A DNA stretch of 62,264 bases from NCBI GenBank assembly GCA_032718475.1, contig JAUCBJ010002150.1, forward strand, positions 1 through 62,264. Direction: 5' to 3'. The notes under the pieces are model-generated. The model searched no databases. It was not told where the DNA came from and saw only the letters and a list, made by a program, of their open reading frames with translations. Of this stretch, positions 24,779 to 37,142 are shown in pieces (the stretch's first letter is position 1; each line of letters begins with the position of its first letter). Source of the DNA: Nemertoderma westbladi (taxonomy: Eukaryota > Animalia > Xenacoelomorpha). A program made the translations under genes and the position numbers.

Positions 24779-24826
24779 AAATGCAGCTGCAATGCAGCAT
24801 GCCGATCCTAGTAGTAGTAGTAGTAG
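22850..24826 (+). mobile_element. 5'-truncated RTE-type non-LTR retrotransposon with (TAG)6 tail and 56-bp TSD
   Basis: TTTATCGGAGATCATTTGCTTTGG...CAATAAGTGTTT present at both 22794-22849 and 24827-24882. Short 3' UTR, then TAG x6 (24809-24826). Confidence 0.93.
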
Positions 24827-24882
24827 TTTATCGGAGATCATTTGCTTTGGCCGAAGACCGTTGGGGAAAACAATAAGTGTTT

Positions 24883-25470
24883 GGGTTGTTTCTCGTTATT
24901 GATTAACATGGGCGATAATAACACGTTGATACTGATAAATGAATATAGCAGAAAATACAAGTTAATTGTTACCGATATAGCAGTGGCGGTCATTAACTAT
25001 GACCGGTCTGCACTGACTGAATAACTCAACTGACCGGTAAACCAGTAATGTAAGATAATATATGATTAATCACACATTGAATATTGGTTTCACCTCCTAC
25101 TGTACTTTGGCCCTCTACCCAATGGATGCTTTCCTGTTCCCTTATCACGTGCTTCCCTCCCCACTATTGGCTCATATACTAATTGTCACATTGGCACTCC
25201 CCTTGAGTGTTTCCTCTCCGCTGCTAGCCTCTACTAGCTGTCTTCCCTCCGAGGTGGTTTGACCTCTCACCTTTCTCTGTGGCTTTGGGGCTTGTGTCCC
25301 CCCCCCCCCCAATGTTCGTTATGAGACGATATTAATATTGGTAATCTCGTATCCCCAACATATTGCTTAATGCCACTGGTCCCATTTTCTGGTGGGTAAT
25401 GAAGTGGAATTGAATCCGCTAACACACATAAGATTAATACCATAATCCCTCTAAAGTCGTGGTTCTCTAA
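24883..25470. repeat. Interspersed repeat (LTR-like) distantly related to 13290-13600
   Basis: Collinear short matches: CTACCCAATGGATGC/CTACCTAATCGATGC; CCCCACTATTGGCTCATA/CCCCTCTGATTGGTTGATA; ATTGGTAATC..ATATTGCTYAAYGCC. Confidence 0.35.
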
Positions 25471-25732
25471 ATGAAATTATATTATTATAATATTGTTATT
25501 TTTTATTAATATATATATATATATATGTTTTTCTAAATATAAATATATATTTATATTATTTAGACAAATAATGTTGTAGAGCATTAAAATCAAATTGGAA
25601 AAATGAATGTTTTTTAAAATGAAGTACACATAGATAGGGTGTGTGCGTCTACAGGCCATAGTACAAATATCCGCAGTATTGATCATAATCGTAAGGATTT
25701 CTCGGACATTTATTATTTCTGATGAGACACTT

Positions 25733-26971
25733 TCATTGTAGTTTTAATGTCATCTCAGTAGACATAACTTCATTAGAACCCCAAAAGACTCCCTTCTTTC
25801 TATCAGTAGATTTGAAATCTCCATTGAGGTTCGCCTTAGAATTCGCAGTGAACCACCAACCACCGGACCGATCTTTAGCCAACGAGGAATTTTCGTGATC
25901 TTTGGTTGAGAACTCTGTCCCGTTAGCTTTCATCATTTTATTACCCAATTTATTCCATGTCAATTTCAATTCTTTGAATTCTCCATAGCTAAAAGTGTGA
26001 TTCGTAGCTTCGGAGCTTATCTTTACATTTTTATATAATGCGACCGAGGTCAAAGTTGAACTCGGATTTATTATTTCGGTATTACTTGGCCTACCCCCTC
26101 CCCGTAATACCTGTATTTTTATCTGTAGATTACACTTCCAACTGCTTGTTAACCAATTAAGAATCTTCAACCCCATCCAGTAACTTCTTTCAGTGTAGTT
26201 ACCAAAACCTTCTTCATACTGCGACCAAGTTTTATCGAAATCGTAGGATTTTTTATAATGTCGACGCTGAATGTATAGACCACTTTCGCGATTGCAGTAA
26301 AGTGTTTTGTTTAAAGACCCGAACTGGTACAATATAGGACCCGTATTACCGTTTGTACATGGGAATGTTATTATGGTAGTAGTGGTGGTCGTAGAAGGTG
26401 AGATTACCTTAGTGGTAGATGAGGTTGACGAGAATGATGTATTAGTAGCTGGGAGTTCCTTATTGGTAAGTGAGGATGTCGATAGTGATGTATTAGTAGG
26501 TGAGGGTTCCTTAGTGGTAGATGAGGTTGACGAGAGTGATGTATTAGTAGCTGGGAGTTCCTTATTGGTAGGTGAGGATGACGAGAGTGATGTATTAGTA
26601 GAAGAGGGTATTGATGAGTTCGCGGTTAATTCTGTGATGGTTTTTGCTACTTCTTTAGGGCTAATGGTGGTCGACTCGCCAGCCCCAGGTTGTAGAAGCA
26701 CCATTAATAAAATTACAGTGACAATAAATGCCAGGAAGGATGATAGTATTCCGAATACAAATTTAACAATTTTCTCATCAGTATCCAGCAGTCTACATAA
26801 CCAGTTTGTTTGTTCAACGTCGTTCTGTAGGGCTTCGCACGGAATGTTTGCCTCCAGGTCTTCCTGTATTTGCGGCGACCGCTGAACTTCTTCTAATTGT
26901 ATTTCTTCCACAGCAGTTACATAGGAATAGTTGGAAGAAGAACGACTGGATCCACTGATCAAAGTTGCCAT
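25733..26971 (-). CDS. FReD paralog 2 (intact, 412 aa from ATG): cytoplasmic N-terminus, signal-anchor TM, Ser/Thr mucin stalk, C-terminal fibrinogen-related domain; intronless
   Basis: TM FVFGILSSFLAFIVTVILLMVLL; FReD motifs IQRR, FDKTWSQYEEGFG, YWMGL, FSTKD, GGWWF, ANLNG, VFW, TEMTL. Confidence 0.92.
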   Translation of the reverse strand: MATLISGSSRSSSNYSYVTAVEEIQLEEVQRSPQIQEDLEANIPCEALQNDVEQTNWLCRLLDTDEKIVKFVFGILSSFLAFIVTVILLMVLLQPGAGESTTISPKEVAKTITELTANSSIPSSTNTSLSSSSPTNKELPATNTSLSSTSSTTKEPSPTNTSLSTSSLTNKELPATNTSFSSTSSTTKVISPSTTTTTTIITFPCTNGNTGPILYQFGSLNKTLYCNRESGLYIQRRHYKKSYDFDKTWSQYEEGFGNYTERSYWMGLKILNWLTSSWKCNLQIKIQVLRGGGRPSNTEIINPSSTLTSVALYKNVKISSEATNHTFSYGEFKELKLTWNKLGNKMMKANGTEFSTKDHENSSLAKDRSGGWWFTANSKANLNGDFKSTDRKKGVFWGSNEVMSTEMTLKLQ

Positions 26972-27237
26972 TGTCACTTTAAATTAAATAACTTGTGAAT
27001 TTAATTATTTAATTAATTAGTAAGTAAGTAAGTAAGTAATTAAAGTAAAATTATCGATAATTGAATTTTCTAGTTGTTAACTTTTCTAAGATTTCTGGAA
27101 CATGGATTTCATGTATTTCTATGATTACACTTTCATTAGTTAATTCTGAAAATATTTAAAATATATAATAGGCCCTCATCGAGGCAATTAACACTACCTC
27201 GACACTAAACTAGTTAGAATTGAAGCCACCTTGAAGC

Positions 27238-28747
27238 CTGTTTATCGGGGAGATCACGTAAGCTGTTTATCTGAGATCATGATAGCTGTTTATCGGAGAT
27301 CATGATAGCTGTTTATCGGAGATCATGATGGCTGTTTATCTGAGATCATGATAGCTGTTTATCGGAGATCATGATAGGTGTTTATCGGAGATCATGGTGG
27401 CTGTTTATCGAAGATCATGATAGCTGTTTATCGGATATCATGATGCCTGTATATCTGAGATCATGATAGCTGTTTATCGGAGATCATGATAGCTGTTTAT
27501 CGGGTTTATCGGCGATCATGATAGCTGTTTATCAGAGATCATGATAGCTGTTTATTGGAGTTCATGATGGCTGTTTATCGGATATCATTATCGGAGATCC
27601 TGATGGCTGTTTATCTGAGATCATGATAGCTGTTTAGCGGAGATCATGATAGCTGTTTATCGGAGATCATGATGGCTGTTTATCTGAGATCATGATAGCT
27701 GTTTATCGGAGATCATGATAGCTGTTTATCGGGTTTATCGGAGATCATGATGGCTGTTTATCGGAGATCATGATGGTTGTTTATCGGAGATCATGATAGC
27801 TGTTTATCTGAAATCATGATAGCTGTTTATCTGAGTTCATGATGGCTGTTTATCGGATATCATTATCGGAGATCCTGATGGCTGTTTATCTGAGATCATG
27901 ATAGCTGTTTATCGGAGATCATGATAGCTGTTTATCGCAGATCATGATGGCTGTTTATCTGAGATCATGATAGCTGTTTATCGGAGATCATGATAGCTGT
28001 TTATCGGGTTTATCGGAGATCATGATGGCTGTTTATCGGAGATCATGATGGTTGTTTATCGGAGATCCTGATGGCTGTTTATCTGAGATCATGATAGCTG
28101 TTTATCGGAGATCATGATAGCTGTTTATCGGAGATCATGATGGCTGTTTATCTGAGATCATGATAGCTGTTTATCGGAGATCATGATAGCTGTTTATCGG
28201 GTTTATCGGAGATCATGATGGCTGTTTATCGGAGATCATGATGGTTGTTTATCGGAGATCATGATAGCTGTTTATCTGAAATCATGATAGCTGTTTATCT
28301 GAGATCACGATAGCTGTATATCGGGTTTATCGGAGATCATGATAGCTGTTTATCTTAGATCATGATAGCTGTTTATCGGAGATCATGATGGCGGTTTATC
28401 TGAGATCATGATAGCTGTTTATCGGAGATCATGATAGCTGTTTATCGGGTTAATCGGAGATCATGATACCTGTTTATCGGAGATCATGATGGCTGTTTAT
28501 CGGAGTTCCTGATGGCTGTTTATCGGAGATCATGATGGCTGTTCATCGGAAATCATGAGGGCTGTTTATCGGAGATTATGATAGCTGTTTATCGGAGATC
28601 ATGATAGCTGTTTATCGGAGATCATGATGGCTGTTTATCTGAGATCATGATAGCTGTTTATCGGAGATCATGATAGCTGTTTATCGGAGATCATGATGGC
28701 TGTTTATCGGAGATCATTATAGCTGCTTATCGGAGATAATGATAGCT
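27238..28747. repeat. 23-bp minisatellite array 2 (~1.5 kb)
   Basis: Same unit as 20576-22808 and in the equivalent position upstream of FReD copy 2. Confidence 0.98.
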
Positions 28748-28789
28748 TTAAGTTGACATTCAATCTTCGCGCAGTGCGAACGGGGTATT

Positions 28790-31700
28790 ACTGTAGTTTC
28801 TTAAAATATCTGTATTAATTTTTGCACAAAATTTAGGTTGAAACTGAGTATACATAGTGATCCAAAGCTGTGCAAATGTATCCCATTTAATTTTTTATGG
28901 AAACCACGGCCAGTTGAAATTGTCGTAAACGGGATATCATTACCCTGGGGTCAGGAGGCTTTGCATTTAGGTATTTGCAAGACTTTAATGTAATTTAAAG
29001 CGTGATATTGAAAAAAAAAAGAGGTGTATTCATTGGTAAACTATCAAATCTACGCCATGAATTTAACTTTGTATTGCCTCTGAACCTATCGTATATACAA
29101 GGCGTAATTATTGTGCAAACTTTTATGGTTGTCCTGCCTGGGATATTTATTCCGAAGATTGCACGCGGGTTTATAGTGCCTGGAAAAGCAACGTCCGACT
29201 AGTGTGGACTTTGTGTGGAATAGCAACGTCCGACTAGTGTGGACTTTGTGTGGAATAGCAACGTCCGACTAGTGTGGACTTTGTGTGGAATAGCAACGTC
29301 CGACTAGTGTGGACTTTGTGTGGAATAGCAACGTCCGACTAGTGTGGACTTTGTGTGGAATAGCAACGTCCGACTAGTGTGGACTTTGTGTGGAATAGCA
29401 ACGTCCGACTAGTGTGGACTTTGTGTGGAATAGCAAAGTCTGACTAGTGTGGACTTTGTGTGGAATAGCAACGTCCGACTAGTGTGGACTTTGTGTGGAA
29501 TAGCAACGTCCGACTAGTGTGGACTTTGTGTGGAATAGCAACGTCCGACTAGAGTGGACTTTGTGTGGAATAGCAACGTCCGACTAGAGTGGACTTTGTG
29601 TGGAATACCAACGTCCGACTAGTGTGGACTTTGTGTGGAATAGCAACGTCAGACTAATGTGGACTTTGTGTGGAATAGCAACGTCCGACTAGTGTGGACT
29701 TTGTGTGGAATAGCAACGTCCGACTAGTGTGGACTTTGTGTGGAATAGCAAAGTCTGACTAGTGTGGACTTTGTGTGGAATAGCAACGTCCGACTAGTGT
29801 GGACTTTGTGTGGAATAGCAACGTCCGACTAGTGTGGACTTTGTGTGGAATAGCAACGTCCGACTAGTGTGGACTTTGTGTGGAATACCAACGTCCGACT
29901 AGTGTGGACTTTGTGTGGAATAGTAACGTCAGACTAGTGTGGACTTTGTGTGGAATAGCAACGTCCGACTAGTGTGGACTTTGTGTGGAATAGCAACGTC
30001 CGACTAGTGTGGACTTTGTGTGGAATAGCAACGTCCGACTAGTGTGGACTTTGTGTGGAATAGTAACGTCCGACTAGTGTGGACTTTATGTGGAATAGCA
30101 ACGTCCGACTAGTGTGGACTTTGTGTGGAATAGCAACGTCCGACTAGTGTGGACTTTGTGTGGAATAGCAACGACCGACTAGTGTGGACTTTGTGTGGAA
30201 TAGCAACGTCCGACTAGTGTGGACTTTGTGTGGAATAGCAACGTCCGACTAGTGTGGACTTTGTGTGGAATACCAACGTCGGACTAGTGTGGACTTTGTG
30301 TGGAATAGCAACGTCAGACTAGTGTGGACTTTGTGTGGAATAGCAACGTCCGACTAGTGTGGACTTTGTGTGGAATATCAACGTCCGACTAGTGTTGACT
30401 TTGTGTGGAATAGCAACGTCTGACTAGTGTGGACTTTGTGTGGAATAGCAACGTCCGACTAGTCTGGACTTTGTGTGGAATAGCAACGTCCGACTAGTGT
30501 GGACTTTGTGTGGAATAGCAACGTCTGACTAGTGTGGACTTTGTGTGGAATAGCACCGTCCGACTAATGTGGACTTTGTGTGGAATAGCAACGTCTGACT
30601 AGTGTGGACTTTGTGTGGAATAGCAACGTCCGACTAGTGTGGACTTTGTGTGGAATAGCAACGTCCGACTAGTGTGGACTTTGTGTGGAATAGCAACGTC
30701 CGACTAGTGTGGACTTTTGTGGAATAGCAACGTCCGACTAGTGTGGACTTTGTATGGAATAGCAGCGTCCGACTAGTGTGGACTTTGTGTGGAATAGCAA
30801 CGTCCGACTAGTGTGGACTTTGTGTGGAATAGCAACGTCCGACTAGTGTGGACTTTGTGTGGAATAGCAACGTCTGACTAGTGTGGACTTTGTGTGGAAT
30901 AGCAACGTCCGACTAGTGTGGACTTTGTGTGGAATAGCAACGTCCGACTAGTGTGGACTTTGTGTGGAATAGCAACTTCCGACTAGTGTGGACTTTGTGT
31001 GGAATAGCAACGTCCGACTAGTGTGGACTTTGTGTGGAATAGCAACGTCCGACTAGTGTGGACTTTGTGTGGAATAGCAACGTCCGACTAGTGTGGACTT
31101 TGTGTGGAATAGCAACGTCCGACTAGTGTGGCCTTGTGTGGAATAGCAACGTCCGACTAGTGTGGACTTTGTGTGGAATAGCAACGTCCGACTAGTGTGG
31201 ACTTTGTGTGGAATAGCAACGTCCGACTAGTGTGGACTTTGTGTGGAATAGCAACGTCCGACTAGTGTGTACTTTGTGTGGAATAGCAACGTCCGACTAG
31301 TGTGGACTTTGTGTGGAATAGCAACGTCCGACTAGTGTGGACGTTGTGAGGAATAGCAACGTCCGACTAGTGTGGACTTTGTGTGGAATAGCAACGTCCG
31401 ACTAGTGTGGACTTTGTGTGGAATAGCAACGTCCGACTAGTGTTGACTTTGTGTGGAATAGCAACGTCTGACTAGTGTGGACTTTGTGTGGAATAGCAAC
31501 GTCCGACTAGTGTGGACTTTGTGTGGAATAGCAACGTCCGACTAGTGTGGACTTTGTGTGGAATAGCAACGTCTGACTAGTGTGGACTTTGTGTGGAATA
31601 GCAACGTCCGACTAATGTGGACTTTGTGTGGAATAGCAACGTCTGACTAGTGTGGACTTTGTGTGGAATAGCAACGTCCGACTAGTGTGGACTTTGTGTG

Positions 31701-34700
31701 GAATAGCAACGTCCGACTAGTGTGGACTTTGTGTGGAATAGCAACGTCCGACTAGTGTGGACTTTGTGTGGAATAGCAACATCCGACTAGTGTGGACTTT
31801 GTGTGGAATAGCAACGTCCGACTAGTGTGGACTTTGTGTGGAATAGCAACGTCCGACTAGTGTGGACTTTGTGTGGAATAGCAACGTCCGACTAGTGTGG
31901 ACTTTGTGTGGAATAGTAACGTCCGACTAGTGTGGACTTTATGTGGAATAGCAACGTCCGACTAGTGTGGACTTTGTGTGGAATAGCAACGTCCGACTAG
32001 TGTGGACTTTGTGTGGAATAGCAACGACCGACTAGTGTGGACTTTGTGTGGAATAGCAACGTCCGACTAGTGTGGACTTTGTGTGGAATAGCAACGTCCG
32101 ACTAGTGTGGACTTTGTGTGGAATACCAACGTCGGACTAGTGTGGACTTTGTGTGGAATAGCAACGTCAGACTAGTGTGGACTTTGTGTGGAATAGCAAC
32201 GTCCGACTAGTGTGGACTTTGTGTGGAATATCAACGTCCGACTAGTGTTGACTTTGTGTGGAATAGCAACGTCTGACTAGTGTGGACTTTGTGTGGAATA
32301 GCAACGTCCGACTAGTCTGGACTTTGTGTGGAATAGCAACGTCCGACTAGTGTGGACTTTGTGTGGAATAGCAACGTCTGACTAGTGTGGACTTTGTGTG
32401 GAATAGCAACGTCCGACTAATGTGGACTTTGTGTGGAATAGCAACGTCTGACTAGTGTGGACTTTGTGTGGAATAGCAACGTCCGACTAGTGTGGACTTT
32501 GTGTGGAATAGCAACGTCCGACTAGTGTGGACTTTGTGTGGAATAGCAACGTCCGACTAGTGTGGACTTTTGTGGAATAGCAACGTCCGACTAGTGTGGA
32601 CTTTGTATGGAATAGCAGCGTCCGACTAGTGTGGACTTTATGTGGAATAGCAACGTCCGACTAGTGTGGACTTTGTGTGGAATAGCAACGTCCGACTAGT
32701 GTGGACTTTGTGTGGAATAGCAACGTCTGACTAGTGTGGACTTTGTGTGGAATAGCAACGTCCGACTAGTGTGGACTTTGTGTGGAATAGCAACGTCCGA
32801 CTAGTGTGGACTTTGTGTGGAATAGCAACTTCCGACTAGTGTGGACTTTGTGTGGAATAGCAACGTCCGACTAGTGTGGACTTTGTGTGGAATAGCAACG
32901 TCCGACTAGTGTGGACTTTGTGTGGAATAGCAACGTCCGACTAGTGTGGACTTTGTGTGGAATAGCAACGTCCGACTAGTGTGGCCTTGTGTGGAATAGC
33001 AACGTCCGACTAGTGTGGACTTTGTGTGGAATAGCAACGTCCGACTAGTGTGGACTTTGTGTGGAATAGCAACGTCCGACTAGTGTGGACTTTGTGTGGA
33101 ATAGCAACGTCCGACTAGTGTGTACTTTGTGTGGAATAGCAACGTCCGACTAGTGTGGACTTTGTGTGGAATAGCAACGTCCGACTAGTGTGGACGTTGT
33201 GAGGAATAGCAACGTCCGACTAGTGTGGACTTTGTGTGGAATAGCAACGTCCGACTAGTGTGGACTTTGTGTGGAATAGCAACGTCCGACTAGTGTTGAC
33301 TTTGTGTGGAATAGCAACGTCTGACTAGTGTGGACTTTGTGTGGAATAGCAACGTCCGACTAGTGTGGACTTTGTGTGGAATAGCAACGTCCGACTAGTG
33401 TGGACTTTGTGTGGAATAGCAACGTCTGACTAGTGTGGACTTTGTGTGGAATAGCAACGTCCGACTAATGTGGACTTTGTGTGGAATAGCAACGTCTGAC
33501 TAGTGTGGACTTTGTGTGGAATAGCAACGTCCGACTAGTGTGGACTTTGTGTGGAATAGCAACGTCCGACTAGTGTGAACTTTGTGTGGAATAGCAACGT
33601 CCGACTAGTGTGGACTTTGTGTGGAATAGCAACATCCGACTAGTGTGGACTTTGTGTGGAATAGCAACGTCCGACTAGTGTGGACTTTGTGTGGAATAGC
33701 AACGTCCGACTATTGTGGACTTTGTGTGGAATAGCAACGTCCGACTAGTGTGGACTTTGTGTGGAATAGCAACGTCCGACTAGTGTGGACTTTGTGTGGA
33801 ATAGCAACGTCCGACTAGTGTGGACTTTGTGTGGAATAGCAACGTCCGACTATTGTGGACTTTGTGTGGAATAGCAACGTCCGACTAGTGTGGACTTTGT
33901 GTGGAATAGCAACGTCCGACTAGTGTGGACTTTGTGTGGAATAGCAACGTCCGACTAGTGTGGACTTTGTGTGGAATAGCAACGTCCGACTAGTGTGGAC
34001 TTTGTGTGGAATAGCAACGTCCGACTAGTGTGGTCTTTGTGTGGAATAGCAACGTCCGACTAGTGTGGACTTTGTGTGGAATAGCAACGTTCGACTAGTG
34101 TGGACTTTGTGTGGAATAGCAACGTCCGACTAGTGTGGACTTTGTGTGGAATAGCAACGTCCGACTAGTGTGGACTTTGTGTGGAATAGCAACGTCCGAC
34201 TAGTGTGGACTTTGTGTGGAATAGCAACGTCCGACTAGTGTGGACTTTGTGTGGAATAGCAACGTCCGACTAGTGTGGACTTTGTGTGGAATAGCAACGT
34301 CCGACTAATGTGGACTTTGTGTGGAATAGCAACGTCCGACTAGTGTGGACTTTGTGTGGAATAGCAACGTCTGACTAGTGTGGACTTTGTGTGGAATAGC
34401 AACGTCCGACTAATGTGGACTTTGTGTGGAATAGCAACGTCTGACTAGTGTGGACTTTGTGTGGAATAGCAACGTCCGACTAGTGTGGACTTTGTGTGGA
34501 ATAGCAACGTCCGACTAGTGTGGACTTAGTGTGGAATAGCAACGTCCGACTAGTGTGGACTTTTGTGGAATAGCAACGTCCGACTAGTGTGGACTTTGTA
34601 TGGAATAGCAACGGCCGTCTAGTGTGGTCTTTGTGTGGAATAGCAACGTCCGACTAGTGTGGACTTTGTGTGGAATAGCAACGTCCGACTAGTGTGGACT

Positions 34701-35900
34701 TTGTGTGGAATAGCAACGTCCGACTAGTGTGGACTTTGTGTGGAATAGCAACGTCCGACTAGTGTGGACTTTGTGTGGAATAGCAACGTCCGACTAGTGT
34801 GGACTTTGTGTGGAATAGCAACGTCCGACTAGTGTGGACTTTGTGTGGAATAGCAACGTCCGACTAGTGTGGACTTTGTGTGGAATAGCAACGTCCGACT
34901 AGTGTGGACTTTGTGTGGAATAGCAACGTCCGACTAGTGTGGACTTTGTGTGGAATAGCAACGTCCGACTAGTGTGGACTTTGTGTGGAATAGCAACGTC
35001 CGACTAGTGTGGACTTTGTGTGGAATAGCAACGTCCGACTAGTGTGGACTTTGTGTGGAATAGCAACGTCCGACTAGTGTGGACTTTGTGTGGAATAGCA
35101 ACGTCCGACTAGTGTGGACTTTGTGTGGAATAGCAACGTCGGACTAGTGTGGACTTTGTGTGGAATAGCAACAACGTCCGACTAGTGTGGACTTTGTGTG
35201 GAATAGCAAAGTCCGACTAGTGTGAACTTTGTGTGGAATAGCAACGTCCGACTAGTGTGGACTTTGTGTGGAATAGCAACGTCCGACTAGTGTGGACTTT
35301 GTGTGGAATAGCAACGTCCGGCTAGTGTGGACTTTGTGTGGAATAGCAACGTCCGACTAGTGTGGACTTTGTGTGGAATAGCAACGTCCGACTAGTGTGG
35401 ACTTTGTGTGGAATAGCAATGTCCGACTAGTGCGGTCTTTGTGTGGAATAGCAACGTCCGACTAGTGTGGACTTTGTGTGGAATAGCAACGTCCGACTAG
35501 TGTGGACTTTGTGTGGAATAGCAACGTCCGACTAGTGTGGACTTTGCCATATAATGTTCATCGTTTCATAGTTGAGGAGTTACTGTAGGTTTTGAGCATC
35601 TGAGAAACTTTGTGTTAGGTTTTTGGCTATTCTGGTTTGGAATAATTGTCTGAGTCGTAGCGGTGCTGCGGTTTCAATCTTAGACGAATCTGTAATGAGT
35701 GCAATATGAGTTATATTTCTTCGTCTGGTGTAATAACACTCTCTATAAGTGATAATTTGCCATACCCTCTTACTCATGGTAATATGTGGAGGGTGGGTAT
35801 ATGTAAATATCTATGCCGAGTTAAAACAGGTGAGATGGTCAGGTCTTACTGGTTTTACTTATGACGAAGTCGGGGATTTGTTGCAGTATGGGATTCCCGA
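28790..35900 (+). mobile_element. Decayed non-LTR retrotransposon 3' coding remnant split by the 35-bp array
   Basis: Left flank translates, with frameshifts, LPWGQEALHLG..KRGVFIGKLSNLRHEF..YCANFYGCPAWDIYSEDCTRVYSAWKSNVRLVWTL. Right flank continues PYNVHRFIVEE. Resembles the post-RT region of invertebrate LINEs. Outer limits approximate. Confidence 0.72.
29181..35546. repeat. 35-bp satellite, ~182 copies, with an 1853-bp higher-order duplication
   Basis: TGGAATAGCAACGTCCGACTAGTGTGGACTTTGTG head to tail, without spacers. Confidence 0.99.
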
Positions 35901-36309
35901 TGAGCAACTATAAACTGCTCTTTTCCCTTAATTGCGAATATTAGTTTTGTTTCTTGTTTTGGTTAGAAAACGCCGCAACTGAAACCTGCTACTTTCCCAT
36001 ATTTTAGAAATATTAATTGATTCAAAAAAAAATTTTCCTAACTTTTCCCCGGATGACTTGTTTTAATATAGGCCTACAGATCAACTGAACAGAATACAGG
36101 TTACTGGTGTAAAACATTGTTATACGGACGGTGTTTTGCAGAAATGAATTAACCCACATTTTGGTCAATTTCGACTTAGTGACGTCATACTGTAAGCTGC
36201 CTGGGATGATTGAAAATAGTTTAAAAAAAACCGGGAGTCGAAATCACGACTGAAAAGCTGAAAAAAAAACCAAATTCCAACCCACATGTGTCAAATCCAC
36301 CTTCTTGAT

Positions 36310-36565
36310 TTTGCAGAAATGTAATAAATAACCCACAGTTCCTTTCTTCAGAAATATATTAACCCATAGTTTCTTTCTGCAGAAATGTAATAAATAACCC
36401 ACAGTTCCTTTCTGCAGAAATATATTAACCCACAGTTCCTTTCTGCAGAAATATATTAACCCACAGTTCCTTTCTGCAGAAATGTAATAACCCACAGTTC
36501 CATTCTGCAGAAATATATTTAACCCACATTTTCAAACTGAAGAAATATATTAACCCACATTTTCA
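36310..36565. repeat. ~31-38 bp minisatellite
   Basis: AACCCACAGTTCCTTTCTGCAGAAATATATT x~7. Confidence 0.88.
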
Positions 36566-36870
36566 TTCTACATAAATATATATTTATCCTTTTTTTTTTT
36601 TTTTTTTTTTCTGCAATCATTTTGCAGAAATGTTTTAACCAACATTTATTTAGAGCAAATTAAGTCAATTTAGTTACTAATTATTAACAATGTAAATATA
36701 AAACAATATTTCACACCCGCCAGTGTGGATGAAAGTGAACAGAACATATCTCGTCGGCAAGCCGTTCACCAAGTCTTCATCTTAAAATAAGATATGTTAT
36801 CGCAGCGACCATCAAGGAACCCTCAGATTTTTTGTGTTTGCAAATGATTTGATTAACTGATACTCATAAA

Positions 36871-37142
36871 CTACTAGGATCGGCATGCTGCATTGCAGCT
36901 GCATTTTTAAGAATGCTGTGCCGGCTTGTCGACAAATTTGGGCTGCAACAACTCCCTATCACCCATGACAAATGCTAGATCATCCGCATCTTCAAGGCCA
37001 GTGTCCTTTAAGTTGCGTCTCAAGAAAGCCATGGGCTGTCCACCATACTTATTCACTCCATGAGGCTGCCAAAGCACAAGATTATGCTCTAGCTGGTCCT
37101 CACGGCTAAAGCAATGTCCTACAAAGCGGAGGCGGCTTTGTT
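36871..37142 (-). mobile_element. Short 3' fragment of the same RTE family as 22850-24826
   Basis: Matching 3' UTR (AAAATGCAGCTGCAATGCAGCATGCCGATCCTAGTAG) and peptide RLRFVGHCF..FVDKPAQHS. Confidence 0.9.

Noticed and set aside
19620-26885. + strand Val/Asp/Glu-rich ORFs (19620-20249, 26307-26885)
   Set aside because: Antisense frames of the Ser/Thr stalk repeats of the FReD genes.
29181-35546. CRISPR array (35-bp partly palindromic repeat)
   Set aside because: Units are contiguous with no unique spacers, there are no cas genes, and the context is eukaryotic. The same applies to the 23-bp and 46-bp arrays.
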